A stretch of DNA of 54,004 nt. Origin: an uncultured Gammaproteobacteria bacterium (lineage in GTDB: Bacteria; Pseudomonadota; Gammaproteobacteria; SZUA-152). Each line of letters starts with the position of its first letter. The stretch's first letter is position 1. Of the stretch, positions 39,074 through 48,763 are shown piece by piece. A program made the translations under genes and the position numbers. The DNA lies in assembly GCA_913009875.1 (NCBI GenBank), contig CAJVYS010000005.1, positions 1 through 54,004 of the forward strand, in the 5' to 3' direction. Below the pieces are notes generated by a model. The model saw only the letters and a program-made list of their open reading frames with translations. It made no database searches and was not told the DNA's origin.

Positions 39074-39541
39074 CTACCAGTCTTTATAGGGGTGCGTGAC
39101 CAGACAGACGTTGTAATAGCGCTTGTCGTGCGACACCTCTTCGTCCAGCCAGGGTGGCCGCTCAAAGGCCTCGTCGGCGCTGCCGAGCTCAATTTCGGCC
39201 ACCACCAGGCCCGCGTTGTCGCCACTGAAAACATCGATCTCCCAGGTGTGTTCGCCATGGCGCACATGATAACGGGTTTTCTCGATCAGCGGCCGCTCGC
39301 AAAGGGTATCGAGCAGCTCCTCGGCATCGGCGAGGGGAATCTCGTATTCATACTCCTGACGCTCCACGCCGAGGGTGGCGCTCTTGATGTTGAGGTGGGC
39401 GCACTCGCCGCCGACACGCACCCGCACCGAGGCCCGTTTGGCGCCGATGAGATAGCCCTGGCGCATCGATATACCGGCATCGGCATCACGGCGCCAGCTG
39501 TCGTCACGGAGGAGGAATTTACGTTCGATTTCGGTGGCCAT
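39074..39541 (-). CDS. CYTH-domain protein
   Basis: EIERKF, QGYL, VRVR, EYEYEIP, WEIDVF, VAEIEL. Confidence 0.9.
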   Translation of the reverse strand: MATEIERKFLLRDDSWRRDADAGISMRQGYLIGAKRASVRVRVGGECAHLNIKSATLGVERQEYEYEIPLADAEELLDTLCERPLIEKTRYHVRHGEHTWEIDVFSGDNAGLVVAEIELGSADEAFERPPWLDEEVSHDKRYYNVCLVTHPYKDW

Positions 39542-39554
39542 GGTTTTCTTTTTA

Positions 39555-39777
39555 CCACAGAGACACGGAGGGCACAGAGGAATTTGTTTCTCGCTGCATG
39601 GATTACTGCCAGTCATTTTCCCAGGCAGGATTTTTCACTGTTGGTGTAAGAAACGCAGAGGTCGCCAAGGCGCAAAGGACGCAACGTTTTTTCAAGGGCC
39701 TTTCTCTGGGTCCTTTGCGCCTTTGCGTTAAAACGCCGGGCCAGACAATGCCTCTTGAGCCTCCGCGCCCCCTGTGG
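39555..39777. repeat. Nested element: degenerate CCACAGAG IRs enclosing CGC(C/A)AAGGCGCAAAGGAC IRs (39663-39727)
   Basis: Inner IR 17/18 match; outer IR imperfect. Confidence 0.65.
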
Positions 39778-39806
39778 CGGATCAGGGATCACTGTAACGA
39801 AAAAGT

Positions 39807-39991
39807 GTAGGAGCCGGCCATGCCCGCGATGGTTTTTCTCTTCACCACAGAACTTGTTGTCTTGGATATTGTGGGAGCGGCTTCAGCCGCGAATATAGGC
39901 TAGTTTTATTCGCGGCTGAAGCCGCTCCCATAAGTCCCAAGACAATCTCAGTAGTGTCGGACAAACCATCGCGGGCATGGCCCGCTCCTAC
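39807..39991. repeat. Composite REP element, copy B (inverted relative to copy A)
   Basis: Same outer/inner doublets and homologous spacer (ACCACAGA.CTTGT.GT.TT.GA.ATTGTGGGAGC). Confidence 0.85.
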
Positions 39992-40014
39992 GGTTCCTTT
40001 TGAAGGCGTGCCGG

Positions 40015-40374
40015 TCAGGGGTTCTCGGGCAGGATGATGGTGGTGGTTTCCAGCGCCCGGGTGCCCTCGTCGATAAGAGTGAATGCGTGGCCGCCGATGC
40101 GTACCGTCTCATCGTGTTTCAGCATGTGGCGTTTGCTCAACCGCTTGTCATTGACGAAGGTGCCATTACTGCTGCCGAGGTCCTCAATCAGCAGATCCAG
40201 CAGACCTTCCAGATAGGCGCTGGGACGAGTGGTGATGAGCGCATGACGACCGCTCACGGTCTCGTCATCGAGGGTGATGTCGCAGTCGGGGGCACGGCCG
40301 ATACTCAGGGTACCTTCCTGCAGGTCGAATTCACCGAGAAAGCGGCCGTCACGGGAATGGATGAGTTTGGGCAT
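40015..40374 (-). CDS. FHA-domain protein
   Basis: IGR, VSGRHA, DLGSSNGTFVN. Confidence 0.9.
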   Translation of the reverse strand: MPKLIHSRDGRFLGEFDLQEGTLSIGRAPDCDITLDDETVSGRHALITTRPSAYLEGLLDLLIEDLGSSNGTFVNDKRLSKRHMLKHDETVRIGGHAFTLIDEGTRALETTTIILPENP

Positions 40375-40405
40375 CTTGCTGACCTCAATAGATAACTGCA
40401 GTTAT

Positions 40406-40514
40406 AACTTGTGACATCGCTCTGCGGTGTCACACATCCTGTGGCGCTCAGCGCCACACTGCCCAAGGCGGACGAACCCACCCATTTCCGTTACACCGCA
40501 GAGCCGTGTAACGA
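40406..40514. repeat. Palindromic dispersed repeat (CACCGCTCTGCGGTGT family), copy 2
   Basis: Inverted near-identical match to 10723-10774. Confidence 0.8.
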
Positions 40515-40527
40515 ACGCATAGTTTTT

Positions 40528-41310
40528 TTACTCTCCGCGCGGTGGCCCGATACCGACAATCACCACGGAAATATTGTCCCGCCCACCGTGCTGATTGGCC
40601 AGATCCACCAGCCGCTGCGCGGCACGTTCCCAGTGGCCCTGCACGGCGAGCAGGGTTTCTGCGATCTCGCTGTCTTCCACCATATCCGTCAGACCATCGG
40701 AGCACAGCAGATAGACATCGCCGGGCGTCGCCTCGAATTCCTGAATCTCGGCATCGACTGCCTCGCGTACCCCCACGGCCTGGGTGATGACATGGGTGAA
40801 GGGGCTATCGTGCGCCTCTTCCTCGGTCATTATCCCTTCCGCCATCATCTGCCGCACCAGCGAGTGGTCACGGGTCACGGCGGTCAGTTCACGCCCGCGC
40901 AGACAGTAAAGCCGAGAGTCACCCACATGTGCAACCAGCACGCGATCATCGTGCAATACCAGCACAACCAGGGTGGTGCCCATGCCCTTCTGCTGTGCGC
41001 TCGCCTCGCCAGCGGCGAACACGGTATCGTTGGCCTCGTTGATCGCACTGTCGAGCAGACCCGCCAAGAGACTTATGTCTTCTTCATCCCCGCTCTCGGG
41101 TAGCGGCTGCTCCAGCGCCGGCTGCAGGTTTTTTTTGATGCTTTCGATACTCATGCGGCTGGCCACATCACCGGCCTTGTGACCGCCCATACCATCGGCC
41201 AACAGGGCCAGGCCACGTTCGGCATCCCAGGCGATAAAGTCTTCGTTGTGATCTCGTTTCAGGCCGGTGTCGGTCTTGCCGGCCATGAACAGGGTGAAAT
41301 GAGAGGTCAT
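40528..41310 (-). CDS. PP2C-family Ser/Thr phosphatase (Stp1/PrpC-like)
   Basis: RDHNED, ADGMGGH, HVGDSRLY, LCSDGL, GGRDNIS. Confidence 0.92.
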   Translation of the reverse strand: MTSHFTLFMAGKTDTGLKRDHNEDFIAWDAERGLALLADGMGGHKAGDVASRMSIESIKKNLQPALEQPLPESGDEEDISLLAGLLDSAINEANDTVFAAGEASAQQKGMGTTLVVLVLHDDRVLVAHVGDSRLYCLRGRELTAVTRDHSLVRQMMAEGIMTEEEAHDSPFTHVITQAVGVREAVDAEIQEFEATPGDVYLLCSDGLTDMVEDSEIAETLLAVQGHWERAAQRLVDLANQHGGRDNISVVIVGIGPPRGE

Positions 41311-41347
41311 GTAATACCTTGTCTTGTTCTTGTTACAGGGCCGGCTT

Positions 41348-41416
41348 TGCCACAGAGACGCAGAGACATGCTTTCTGTCACAACACACCCTCCGTGCAGC
41401 CTGCGTCTCTGTGGCA
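41348..41416. repeat. CCACAGAG-family hairpin
   Basis: 16-bp perfect IR TGCCACAGAGACGCAG / CTGCGTCTCTGTGGCA. Confidence 0.8.
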
Positions 41417-41449
41417 TGAGTTACATTCCTTTTTCGGCGCCCGCGCCCG

Positions 41450-43834
41450 TCACTTGAGATATCCCGCCCGCTCGCCACAGCGGCGCAACGCCTCGGCCAT
41501 GGCCTTGCCGTTGGCATAGCGCCGCTCTGCGTCCTTTTCCAGCGCCTTATTGATAACACGCGTCAGACAGCCAGGAAGTTCCATGCGCAGCTTGCGAATC
41601 GGTTTCGGCTTGTCATTGGCGATACGGTACATGAGGGTATTGAGGTTTTCACCCTGAAACGGCAGCTGTCCGCACCACAGCTGGTACAGGGTCACGCCGA
41701 GGGAAAACAGATCCGAGCGGCCGTCCACCTTCTTCCCCGCCAGCTGCTCCGGCGACATGTAAAAGGGGCTACCCAGCACGGTGCCGGTGCGGGTCTTGCT
41801 GTGGTCGGTGAGGCAAGCAATACCGAAGTCCGTCACCTTGAGCTGGTCGCTGTCGGCATCGAAAAGGATGTTGCCGGGCTTCACGTCGCGATGCACCACC
41901 TTCTGCGCGTGGGCGTAGTCCAGCGCCTCGGCGACGCGGATACCGATCTCGAACACCTGGGCAATGGGCAACAGGTCGTCGCGATGCACAAAGTTATCCA
42001 GGCTGTCGCCGGCGATGTAGTCCATGGCGATATAGGCCAGATCGTGCTCCTCGCCGACGTCGTAGATGGTGACGATATGCGGATGACTGAGCCGCCCGGC
42101 GGTCTCCGCCTCCTGGAAGAAACGCTGGCGCACCTCCTCCAGCTGCCGGCCGTCGAACTCATCGGACAGTGGCAGGGTCTTGATGGCCACGGTGCGGCCG
42201 ATGCGCGGGTCGCGGCCCAGGTACACCGTGCCCATGGCACCACGTCCCAGCTCATTTTCGATCTCGTAACGACCCAAAACCGGACGCTCAACCTTCGGGT
42301 CATCGACGATCATGGTGGCATTCAGCCCGCCACTGGCCGCCAGCGGCGCCGGACTGACGGCGCGATGGCGCTCGCAGCGCTCGGCAATGTCGCGGAATGT
42401 CGGCTGCTGCGCGGCGATCCGCTCAAACACCGCCAACGCCTTGCCGAACTGGCGGCGGCGCTCGTATTCCAGCCCCAGCTCATACAGGGCCTCGAGGGCC
42501 ACGCCCGGTGGCAGGGTGCACAGGGTGTCAAAGGCCGGATCCAGCTTGCCCTGATTGCGCAGCTCGGCGGCCAGGGCAAGATTCGCCGCCTCGGCCTGTC
42601 CGCGCAGTGCCAATAGATGACCGGCAAGGCGATGATGGACGGCAAGCAGGGGCTGCCCCAGCAGCAGATACAGCGCCGGCAGAGCCAGCGGCAGCCAGAG
42701 GTTCTCCACCACCAGCCCCAGCAGGCTGGCGTTGACCACCAGCAGCAACAGCACGCCACCCAGCAGCAATCCACCACGCCCCCGCAGGCGGCGCGGCAGC
42801 AACAGAAAATAGAGCAGAATCAGCAACAACCCGCCGCGTTCAACGCCCTGCGACCAACCGGGCACCCGCACCAGATCACCCGTTTGCAGAGCATTAATCA
42901 CCTGCGCCTGCCACGCCACTGGCGTCAGCCGTGGCCCGCCCGGCGCAACAACGCGATAACTCAGGTGCGGCGCGGTAATACCCAGCAGCACGATGCGGCC
43001 GCGTAGTTCGGCCTCCGGCACGCGGCCCTCCAGCAGGTGTTCGGCGGAAAACAGCGGTAATGGATTGTCCTCGGGGCGCGGTCGCGGATAGACCCGCAAT
43101 GCCGCATCGGTAGCGAAAAAGACATCGCCCAGTTGCACCCCGGGTTGCCCGGCCAGGCTGGGCGAAATCACCGCCTCACTCACCGGCACTCCACGTGCCC
43201 GCGCCAGCAGGTTCAACGCCAGACTGGGTCGGTAGACGCCATTGACCGCCAGCATCAGCGGCTCGGCGTACACCGGTTCGTCCTCGGCGGCCAGCGCCAG
43301 CACGCCGACGCGCGCCACATCAAAATGTGCCACCGACGACGACTGCAACTGCCACGGCAGGTGCGGTGGCCACAGCAGCGGCACAAACCAGGGCTGCTCC
43401 GCCGCCGCCAGCCCGGCGAGCAGCGATGGCATCCGCGCCGCTTCATTGTGTAGCGCCAGCAGGCCGCGGCGCTCCTCGACCTCGCTGGCCGGCCAGGCCA
43501 GTACCACACCCTGGTGCGCCAGCAACGTCCGCGCCTGCTGTGGTTGGCCGATGGGCAGAATCAGGCCGATGGCCGCAACATCGGATGCCGCAAGAATGTC
43601 CACGAGATCCGTCAGCCGCTGTGTCTCCCAGGGCCAGGGGCCGAAATCCACGAAGGTGCTTTCATCCAGCGCGACCACACTGACGTGGTTCTCCACCGGC
43701 GCCATCGGCACGGCGTGGATCAGCCAGTGATACAAACGTGACTCCACCGCCTCACCCAGCGGCAGGTAACTGGCCACAAACAACGATGCGCCCAGCAGGG
43801 TGATCCATAAACGATGGCTGGCAAAAAATCTCAT
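41450..43834 (-). CDS. CHASE2-domain membrane Ser/Thr protein kinase
   Basis: N-terminal CHASE2-like region (FGPWPW, RIVLLG), 3 TM helices, GRGAMG, VAIK, HRDVKPGN, DFG, YMSPE. Confidence 0.9.
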   Translation of the reverse strand: MRFFASHRLWITLLGASLFVASYLPLGEAVESRLYHWLIHAVPMAPVENHVSVVALDESTFVDFGPWPWETQRLTDLVDILAASDVAAIGLILPIGQPQQARTLLAHQGVVLAWPASEVEERRGLLALHNEAARMPSLLAGLAAAEQPWFVPLLWPPHLPWQLQSSSVAHFDVARVGVLALAAEDEPVYAEPLMLAVNGVYRPSLALNLLARARGVPVSEAVISPSLAGQPGVQLGDVFFATDAALRVYPRPRPEDNPLPLFSAEHLLEGRVPEAELRGRIVLLGITAPHLSYRVVAPGGPRLTPVAWQAQVINALQTGDLVRVPGWSQGVERGGLLLILLYFLLLPRRLRGRGGLLLGGVLLLLVVNASLLGLVVENLWLPLALPALYLLLGQPLLAVHHRLAGHLLALRGQAEAANLALAAELRNQGKLDPAFDTLCTLPPGVALEALYELGLEYERRRQFGKALAVFERIAAQQPTFRDIAERCERHRAVSPAPLAASGGLNATMIVDDPKVERPVLGRYEIENELGRGAMGTVYLGRDPRIGRTVAIKTLPLSDEFDGRQLEEVRQRFFQEAETAGRLSHPHIVTIYDVGEEHDLAYIAMDYIAGDSLDNFVHRDDLLPIAQVFEIGIRVAEALDYAHAQKVVHRDVKPGNILFDADSDQLKVTDFGIACLTDHSKTRTGTVLGSPFYMSPEQLAGKKVDGRSDLFSLGVTLYQLWCGQLPFQGENLNTLMYRIANDKPKPIRKLRMELPGCLTRVINKALEKDAERRYANGKAMAEALRRCGERAGYLK

Positions 43835-43877
43835 TGGGTTCCGAAGCAGTATTCTGGGTCGCTATTTGCGCTTACTT

Positions 43878-43938
43878 GTGGGAGCGGCTTCAGCCGCGAA
43901 GAATCTTCCCTCCCTTTTGCGGCTGAAGCCGTTCCCAC
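43878..43938. repeat. REP doublet (GTGGGAGCGGCTTCAGCCGCGAA family)
   Basis: IR pair visible. Confidence 0.85.
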
Positions 43939-43953
43939 AAAAGATCGCATCAA

Positions 43954-45228
43954 TCATCTATCGGCCGTACCTTCGCGAGCTTCACCCGCCACCTCCACCC
44001 GCGACAACAGCCATGCCCCGGCCACGAACAACAGGATCAGCGACAACATCCCGGCCCGGTGGCTGTCCGTGGCGACACTGACAACCCCCACCATCAGCGG
44101 CCCCAGCAGGGCTGCAAACTTGCCCAGCATATTGTAAAAACCGAAGAACTCCGCCGCCTTGTCCGTGGGGATCAGGCGCGCATACAGAGAGCGGCTGAGG
44201 GCCTGGATGCCGCCCTGCACCAGACCAATGCACACCGCCAGCAGGTAAAACTCCCAGGTCTCTTCAATCAGCACCGCCCACAGCGTGACCGCCACATACA
44301 CGCCGATAGCAATAAAAATGCCACGCTTCGCCCCGATCTTCTGCCCCAGCCAGCCAAAGGCCAGCGCCGCTGGGAAGCCCACAAACTGGGTGATCAGCAG
44401 TGCACCGATGAGGTGGGTCTGCTCAAGACCGATGGCGAGGCCATAGTCCACCGCCATGCGCACGATGGTGTCGACGCCATCGATGTACAGCCAGTAGGCC
44501 ACGAGAAACAGAAACACCGGACGCAGCTGGCGAATGTGCCGGAAGGTGTCGATGACCTGCCGATAGCCGGCACACACCACGGCCCAACCCGACAGCCGCT
44601 GTGCTACGGGTGGCTCTTTCACCATAAGCACCAATGGCAAAGAAAACAGCACCCACCACAGGGCCACACTGAGGAACGAATAACGCACCGCCTCTTCCGC
44701 GCTGTCCAGTCCAAAGCTGTCCGGCGACAAGGTCATGGCCACGTTGATGCCGAACAGCAGCCCGCCGCCGAGATAGCCCATCGCATAGCCGATGGCCGAT
44801 ACCATGTCCCAGTCTTCTTTACGCGCCACCACGGTGAGCAGGGCGTCGTAAAACACATTCGCGCCCATAAAACCCACCGTAGCGGCCACGAACAGGCCCA
44901 GCGCCGCCGCCCATTCCCCTGCCCCCACAGTACTCAGAGCCGCGGTACAGATCACCCCCAGCAGGGCGAACAACAGCAGGAAGCGTTTGCGCAGGCCACC
45001 ACGGTCGGCAATGGCGCCCAGCAGTGGCGCGGCCAGCACGATAAACAGGCTGGCCACAGCATTGCCCACACCGAGCTGAAAGGTGCTGGTGGTGCTGTCG
45101 AGGCCGCTGCCCCAGTACTGCTTGAAGAACAACGGAAAAAAACCGGCCATCACCGTGGTGGCGAAGGCGGAGTTGGCCCAGTCGTAAAAGGCCCAGGCGA
45201 TGATCGGTCGAGTGAGGTAGCGTTTCAT
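43954..45228 (-). CDS. MFS transporter (Atg22/YxiO-like, UMF1 family)
   Basis: WAFYDWANSAF, FYDALL, GYAMGYLGG, QALSRSLY; about 12 TM segments. Confidence 0.85.
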   Translation of the reverse strand: MKRYLTRPIIAWAFYDWANSAFATTVMAGFFPLFFKQYWGSGLDSTTSTFQLGVGNAVASLFIVLAAPLLGAIADRGGLRKRFLLLFALLGVICTAALSTVGAGEWAAALGLFVAATVGFMGANVFYDALLTVVARKEDWDMVSAIGYAMGYLGGGLLFGINVAMTLSPDSFGLDSAEEAVRYSFLSVALWWVLFSLPLVLMVKEPPVAQRLSGWAVVCAGYRQVIDTFRHIRQLRPVFLFLVAYWLYIDGVDTIVRMAVDYGLAIGLEQTHLIGALLITQFVGFPAALAFGWLGQKIGAKRGIFIAIGVYVAVTLWAVLIEETWEFYLLAVCIGLVQGGIQALSRSLYARLIPTDKAAEFFGFYNMLGKFAALLGPLMVGVVSVATDSHRAGMLSLILLFVAGAWLLSRVEVAGEAREGTADR

Positions 45229-45278
45229 TGCCCGAGCCTGCTCCTCAAAGAGGAGAAATGATGCCAAAAAACAACCCG

Positions 45279-45350
45279 GCAGGAGTGGCCTCTCAGGCCG
45301 CGAAAGCGCTCTCGACACTGAACTTTCGCGGCCTGAGGGGCCACTCCTAC
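45279..45350. repeat. REP doublet (same family as 15227-15298)
   Basis: GCAGGAGTGGCCTCTCAGGCCGCGAA ... TTCGCGGCCTGAGGGGCCACTCCTAC. Confidence 0.8.
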
Positions 45351-45366
45351 GGGCAAATAGGTTACG

Positions 45367-45807
45367 CTATTTCCCCGCCAGTTTCTTGAACCGCTTATCC
45401 CACTTTTTGTAGCGCTTGCGGCAGTAATCATCCAGTGCCTGATGGCTGTCGAAGAACAGGTCGAAGCCCTCCTCCGCCGAGCTATCGAATTCGCATTCAT
45501 CGTTAGAGTAACCGCGACAGATCATAGGGCGAATCTCATAGATACCGCATTGCCCCGTCTCCGTGATGTGCTCACAGGCCGCCTCCACAACCAGCATGAA
45601 CCAGCCATCAGCGTCCTTGTAAAACTGGATATTGCGATGCGACACCTGCCACAGCAGGGTGTCGAAGTCCGACATCGAGCGTGGCGTATCGATGTGCAAG
45701 GTAATGTACTGGCAGCACTTGGTGCCGGTACAGAGACTGCACTTGTTCTCTGGCGTGACTTTTATCGCCTTCATCGCCTTAGCGGCCTTTTTCTTTTTAT
45801 TCGCCAT
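45367..45807 (-). CDS. YkgJ/UPF0153-family cysteine-cluster protein
   Basis: CSLCTGTKCC and CGIYEIRPMICR motifs. Confidence 0.8.
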   Translation of the reverse strand: MANKKKKAAKAMKAIKVTPENKCSLCTGTKCCQYITLHIDTPRSMSDFDTLLWQVSHRNIQFYKDADGWFMLVVEAACEHITETGQCGIYEIRPMICRGYSNDECEFDSSAEEGFDLFFDSHQALDDYCRKRYKKWDKRFKKLAGK

Positions 45808-45990
45808 CAAAATCCCCTCGGGTACGATGTCGCATAATATTAACCCGGCAACGATATATGTTGCGTTCAGCCGATGTGTGCCCGCCTGCAGCAAGGCATC
45901 AAAACGCCACTGTAGCATTCCTACAGTCAGTTTTGATAACGCAGCCTGCAGGCGGGCACACACCGGCCTGCCCCTTGTAAAATTATACTG

Positions 45991-46094
45991 TCAGGGGCTT
46001 CAAGAATGGCCCGGCTCTGCGTTGTAGCTCTTGCCAAGGGAACCACCATTACCCGCGAACTACGCCTTGATCCGGGCCATTCTTGAAGCCCTGA
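45991..46094. repeat. About 104-bp MITE-like element with about 23-bp terminal IRs
   Basis: TCAGGGGCTTCAAGAATGGCCCGG ... CCGGGCCATTCTTGAAGCCCTGA. Confidence 0.7.
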
Positions 46095-46191
46095 ACACGA
46101 CATATATCGCCGCCGGGTTAATAACAAACCCGGCGACTGGAAATAGCCATGAGATAATGCGATAACTAGTAAGCCATCTGGATGTCTTCCC

Positions 46192-47694
46192 ATGCCCATA
46201 GACCCGCCTGCCAACGAAACCTTCGCCGCCATCGACCTCGGCTCCAACAGCTTTCATATGATCGTCTGCCGCCTCAGCAACGGTGAACTGCATGTGGAGG
46301 ACAAACTGCGTGAAATGGTGCGTCTCGGTGCCGGGCTGGACAAAAAAAACCGCCTCGATAACGAAACCCAGGAACGTGCCCTGGCCTGTCTGGAACGCTT
46401 CGGCCAACGCCTGCATGGCCTGCCGCCACAACGCATCCGCGCGGCGGGCACCAATACCCTGCGCATTGCGCGCAACACCAGCGACTTCCTTGCCCGTGCC
46501 GAACAGGCTCTGGGACATTCCATCGAAATCATCGCTGGCACGGAAGAGGCGCGCCTCATCTATCTCGGTGTGGCACACAGCACCGGTGCGGACGAAAGGC
46601 GCCGCTTTGTCATGGACATCGGCGGCGGCAGCACCGAGCTGATCATCGGCGAAGGCTTCGAACCGCGCTACATGCAAAGCCTGTACATGGGCTGCGTGAG
46701 TATGACGCGTAACTATTTTGCCGATGGCGTCATCACGCCCAAGGCGGTGAAACGCGCCGAGCTGGCCGCACAGGTGGAACTGGAGCCGGTCAAGACCACG
46801 TATCGCAACATGGGCTGGGAAAAGACCCTCGGCGCCTCCGGCAGCATTCGCTCTATTCGCAACGTAGTGCAGGCCGAGGGCTGGAGCAACGATGGCATCA
46901 CCCTCGATTCACTCAAGACATTGCGCACCGCAATGCTCGACGCCGGGCATATCGATAAATTGTCATTCAAGGGGCTAACGGTGGAGCGCGCGCCGGTATT
47001 CCCCGGTGGGGTAATGATACTCCTGGCCACCTTCAAGACCCTGGGCATCGAGCAGATGCAGGTATCGGACGGCGCCCTGCGCGAAGGGCTGATCCATGAC
47101 CTGCTGGGGCGCGTGCACCACGAAGACGTGCGCGGCCGCGCGGTGAACAATCTGGCGCAGCGCTATCACGTCGATCTGCCACACGCGCAGCAGGTGGTTG
47201 AAACCGTGCAGACCTGCGCGACACAGGTAGCCGAAAGCTGGTCACTGAATCTGCAAGAGAGCCGGCAATGGCTGCAATGGGCCGCGCTGCTGCACGAGAT
47301 CGGCCTTGATATCGCCCATAGCGGCTTTCACAAACATGGTGCCTATATCGCCGAATTTACCGACCTGTCCGGTTTTTCCCGCAACCAGCAACGCCTGCTT
47401 GCGACGCTGATCCGTACTCACCGTCGCAAGCTCTCCGCTACCTCCTTCGACCACCTTGTCGAAAAGCATCAGCACCGCGCCCGGCACTGGGCCATCCTGC
47501 TGCGCCTGGCCGTTTTGCTGCACCGCAGCCGTAGCCCGGAGGCACTACCGAAGTTCAAACTCAAGGCCGGCAAAGACAGCCTGAAAGTAAAATTCCCCGA
47601 GAACTGGCTGGACGAACATCTGCTGACCCGGACTGATCTGGCACGGGAAGCGGAGTACCTGCAAGCGGCAGCATTCTCGCTCAGTTTTTCCTGA
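46192..47694 (+). CDS. ppx: Exopolyphosphatase Ppx/GppA
   Basis: AIDLGSNSFHM, EEARLIYLGV, DIGGGSTE, ALREG, HD-like C-terminal domain. Confidence 0.9.
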   Translation: MPIDPPANETFAAIDLGSNSFHMIVCRLSNGELHVEDKLREMVRLGAGLDKKNRLDNETQERALACLERFGQRLHGLPPQRIRAAGTNTLRIARNTSDFLARAEQALGHSIEIIAGTEEARLIYLGVAHSTGADERRRFVMDIGGGSTELIIGEGFEPRYMQSLYMGCVSMTRNYFADGVITPKAVKRAELAAQVELEPVKTTYRNMGWEKTLGASGSIRSIRNVVQAEGWSNDGITLDSLKTLRTAMLDAGHIDKLSFKGLTVERAPVFPGGVMILLATFKTLGIEQMQVSDGALREGLIHDLLGRVHHEDVRGRAVNNLAQRYHVDLPHAQQVVETVQTCATQVAESWSLNLQESRQWLQWAALLHEIGLDIAHSGFHKHGAYIAEFTDLSGFSRNQQRLLATLIRTHRRKLSATSFDHLVEKHQHRARHWAILLRLAVLLHRSRSPEALPKFKLKAGKDSLKVKFPENWLDEHLLTRTDLAREAEYLQAAAFSLSFS

Positions 47695-47723
47695 TTCAGG
47701 CAAGGGGCCGAGAAAAAATAGCC

Positions 47724-48614
47724 ATGGCACACGACCACCAACACGACATTGACGCCATGGGTGACCGTCGTCTGGGCTGGGCCATCGTCATCAACATGCT
47801 CCTCACCGTGGCACAGGTGATCGGTGGCGTCATCTCCGGCAGCCTGTCACTGATCGCCGATGCCCTGCACAATTTCAGCGATGCCGCCTCGCTGTTGATC
47901 GCCTGGGTGGCCCGCAGGATCGGCAGACAGCCTCCCGACCACTTCAAGACCTTTGGCTACAAACGCGCCGAGGTGATTGCCGCCCTGATCAACCTCGTCA
48001 CGCTGGTTCTGGTGGGTTTGTATCTGATCTATGAGGCCCTGTGGCGCATGGTCGAGCCGCAGGTCATTGAAGGATGGACGGTGGTTATCGTCGCCAGTGT
48101 CGCGCTGGTGATCGACATCGCCACGGCAATACTGACCTACAGCATGTCCCGCCACAGCATAAATATCCGCGCCGCCTTTCTGCACAACGTTTCCGATGCC
48201 CTTGCCTCCGTAGGCGTCATCATCGCCGGCAGTCTTATCTTGCTCTACGACTGGTACTGGACGGATACCGCTTTGACCCTACTCATCGCCGGCTATGTGC
48301 TCTATCAGGCCGCGACGCTGTTACCCAAGACCATACACATCCTGATGCAAGGCGCGCCGGAAGACATCTCCATTGCAGAAGTCATCGACGCCATGGAGCA
48401 CGTCGAAGGCGTTGTAAACATCCATCACCTGCATCTGTGGCAACTCGACGAGCACAAAAATGCCCTGGAGGCCCATGTCGTGATCAAGGATTTTGCTGGC
48501 ACGGAAAAGATTAAAATGGCCTTGAAAGGCGAACTTGAAAAACGCTTTGCGATAACGCATTCAACACTGGAGTTTGAAACCGATCATTGTAGTGATACAA
48601 CCCGGTTGGCATAA
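47724..48614 (+). CDS. Cation diffusion facilitator (CzcD/ZitB-like)
   Basis: ADALHNFSD, TFGYKRAE, AAFLHNVSD, HHLHLW. Confidence 0.9.
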   Translation: MAHDHQHDIDAMGDRRLGWAIVINMLLTVAQVIGGVISGSLSLIADALHNFSDAASLLIAWVARRIGRQPPDHFKTFGYKRAEVIAALINLVTLVLVGLYLIYEALWRMVEPQVIEGWTVVIVASVALVIDIATAILTYSMSRHSINIRAAFLHNVSDALASVGVIIAGSLILLYDWYWTDTALTLLIAGYVLYQAATLLPKTIHILMQGAPEDISIAEVIDAMEHVEGVVNIHHLHLWQLDEHKNALEAHVVIKDFAGTEKIKMALKGELEKRFAITHSTLEFETDHCSDTTRLA

Positions 48615-48763
48615 ACGTCTTTCGTAAACCCCAGCGCATTACGCCAGCCCAAGGGGGCGCTGTGCGCACCAATACCGGAAAAAACAAGGCAAGGAATCAA
48701 TCGCTGGAAGTACGGGACTGTAGGCAAACGTGCCGTAACAAACAACGCCTACCCATTAGCGGG

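Noticed and set aside
45367-45807. Flagellin lysine methylase FliB
   Set aside because: Shares only the CxxCxxCC-type family motif; too short and not in the flagellar operon
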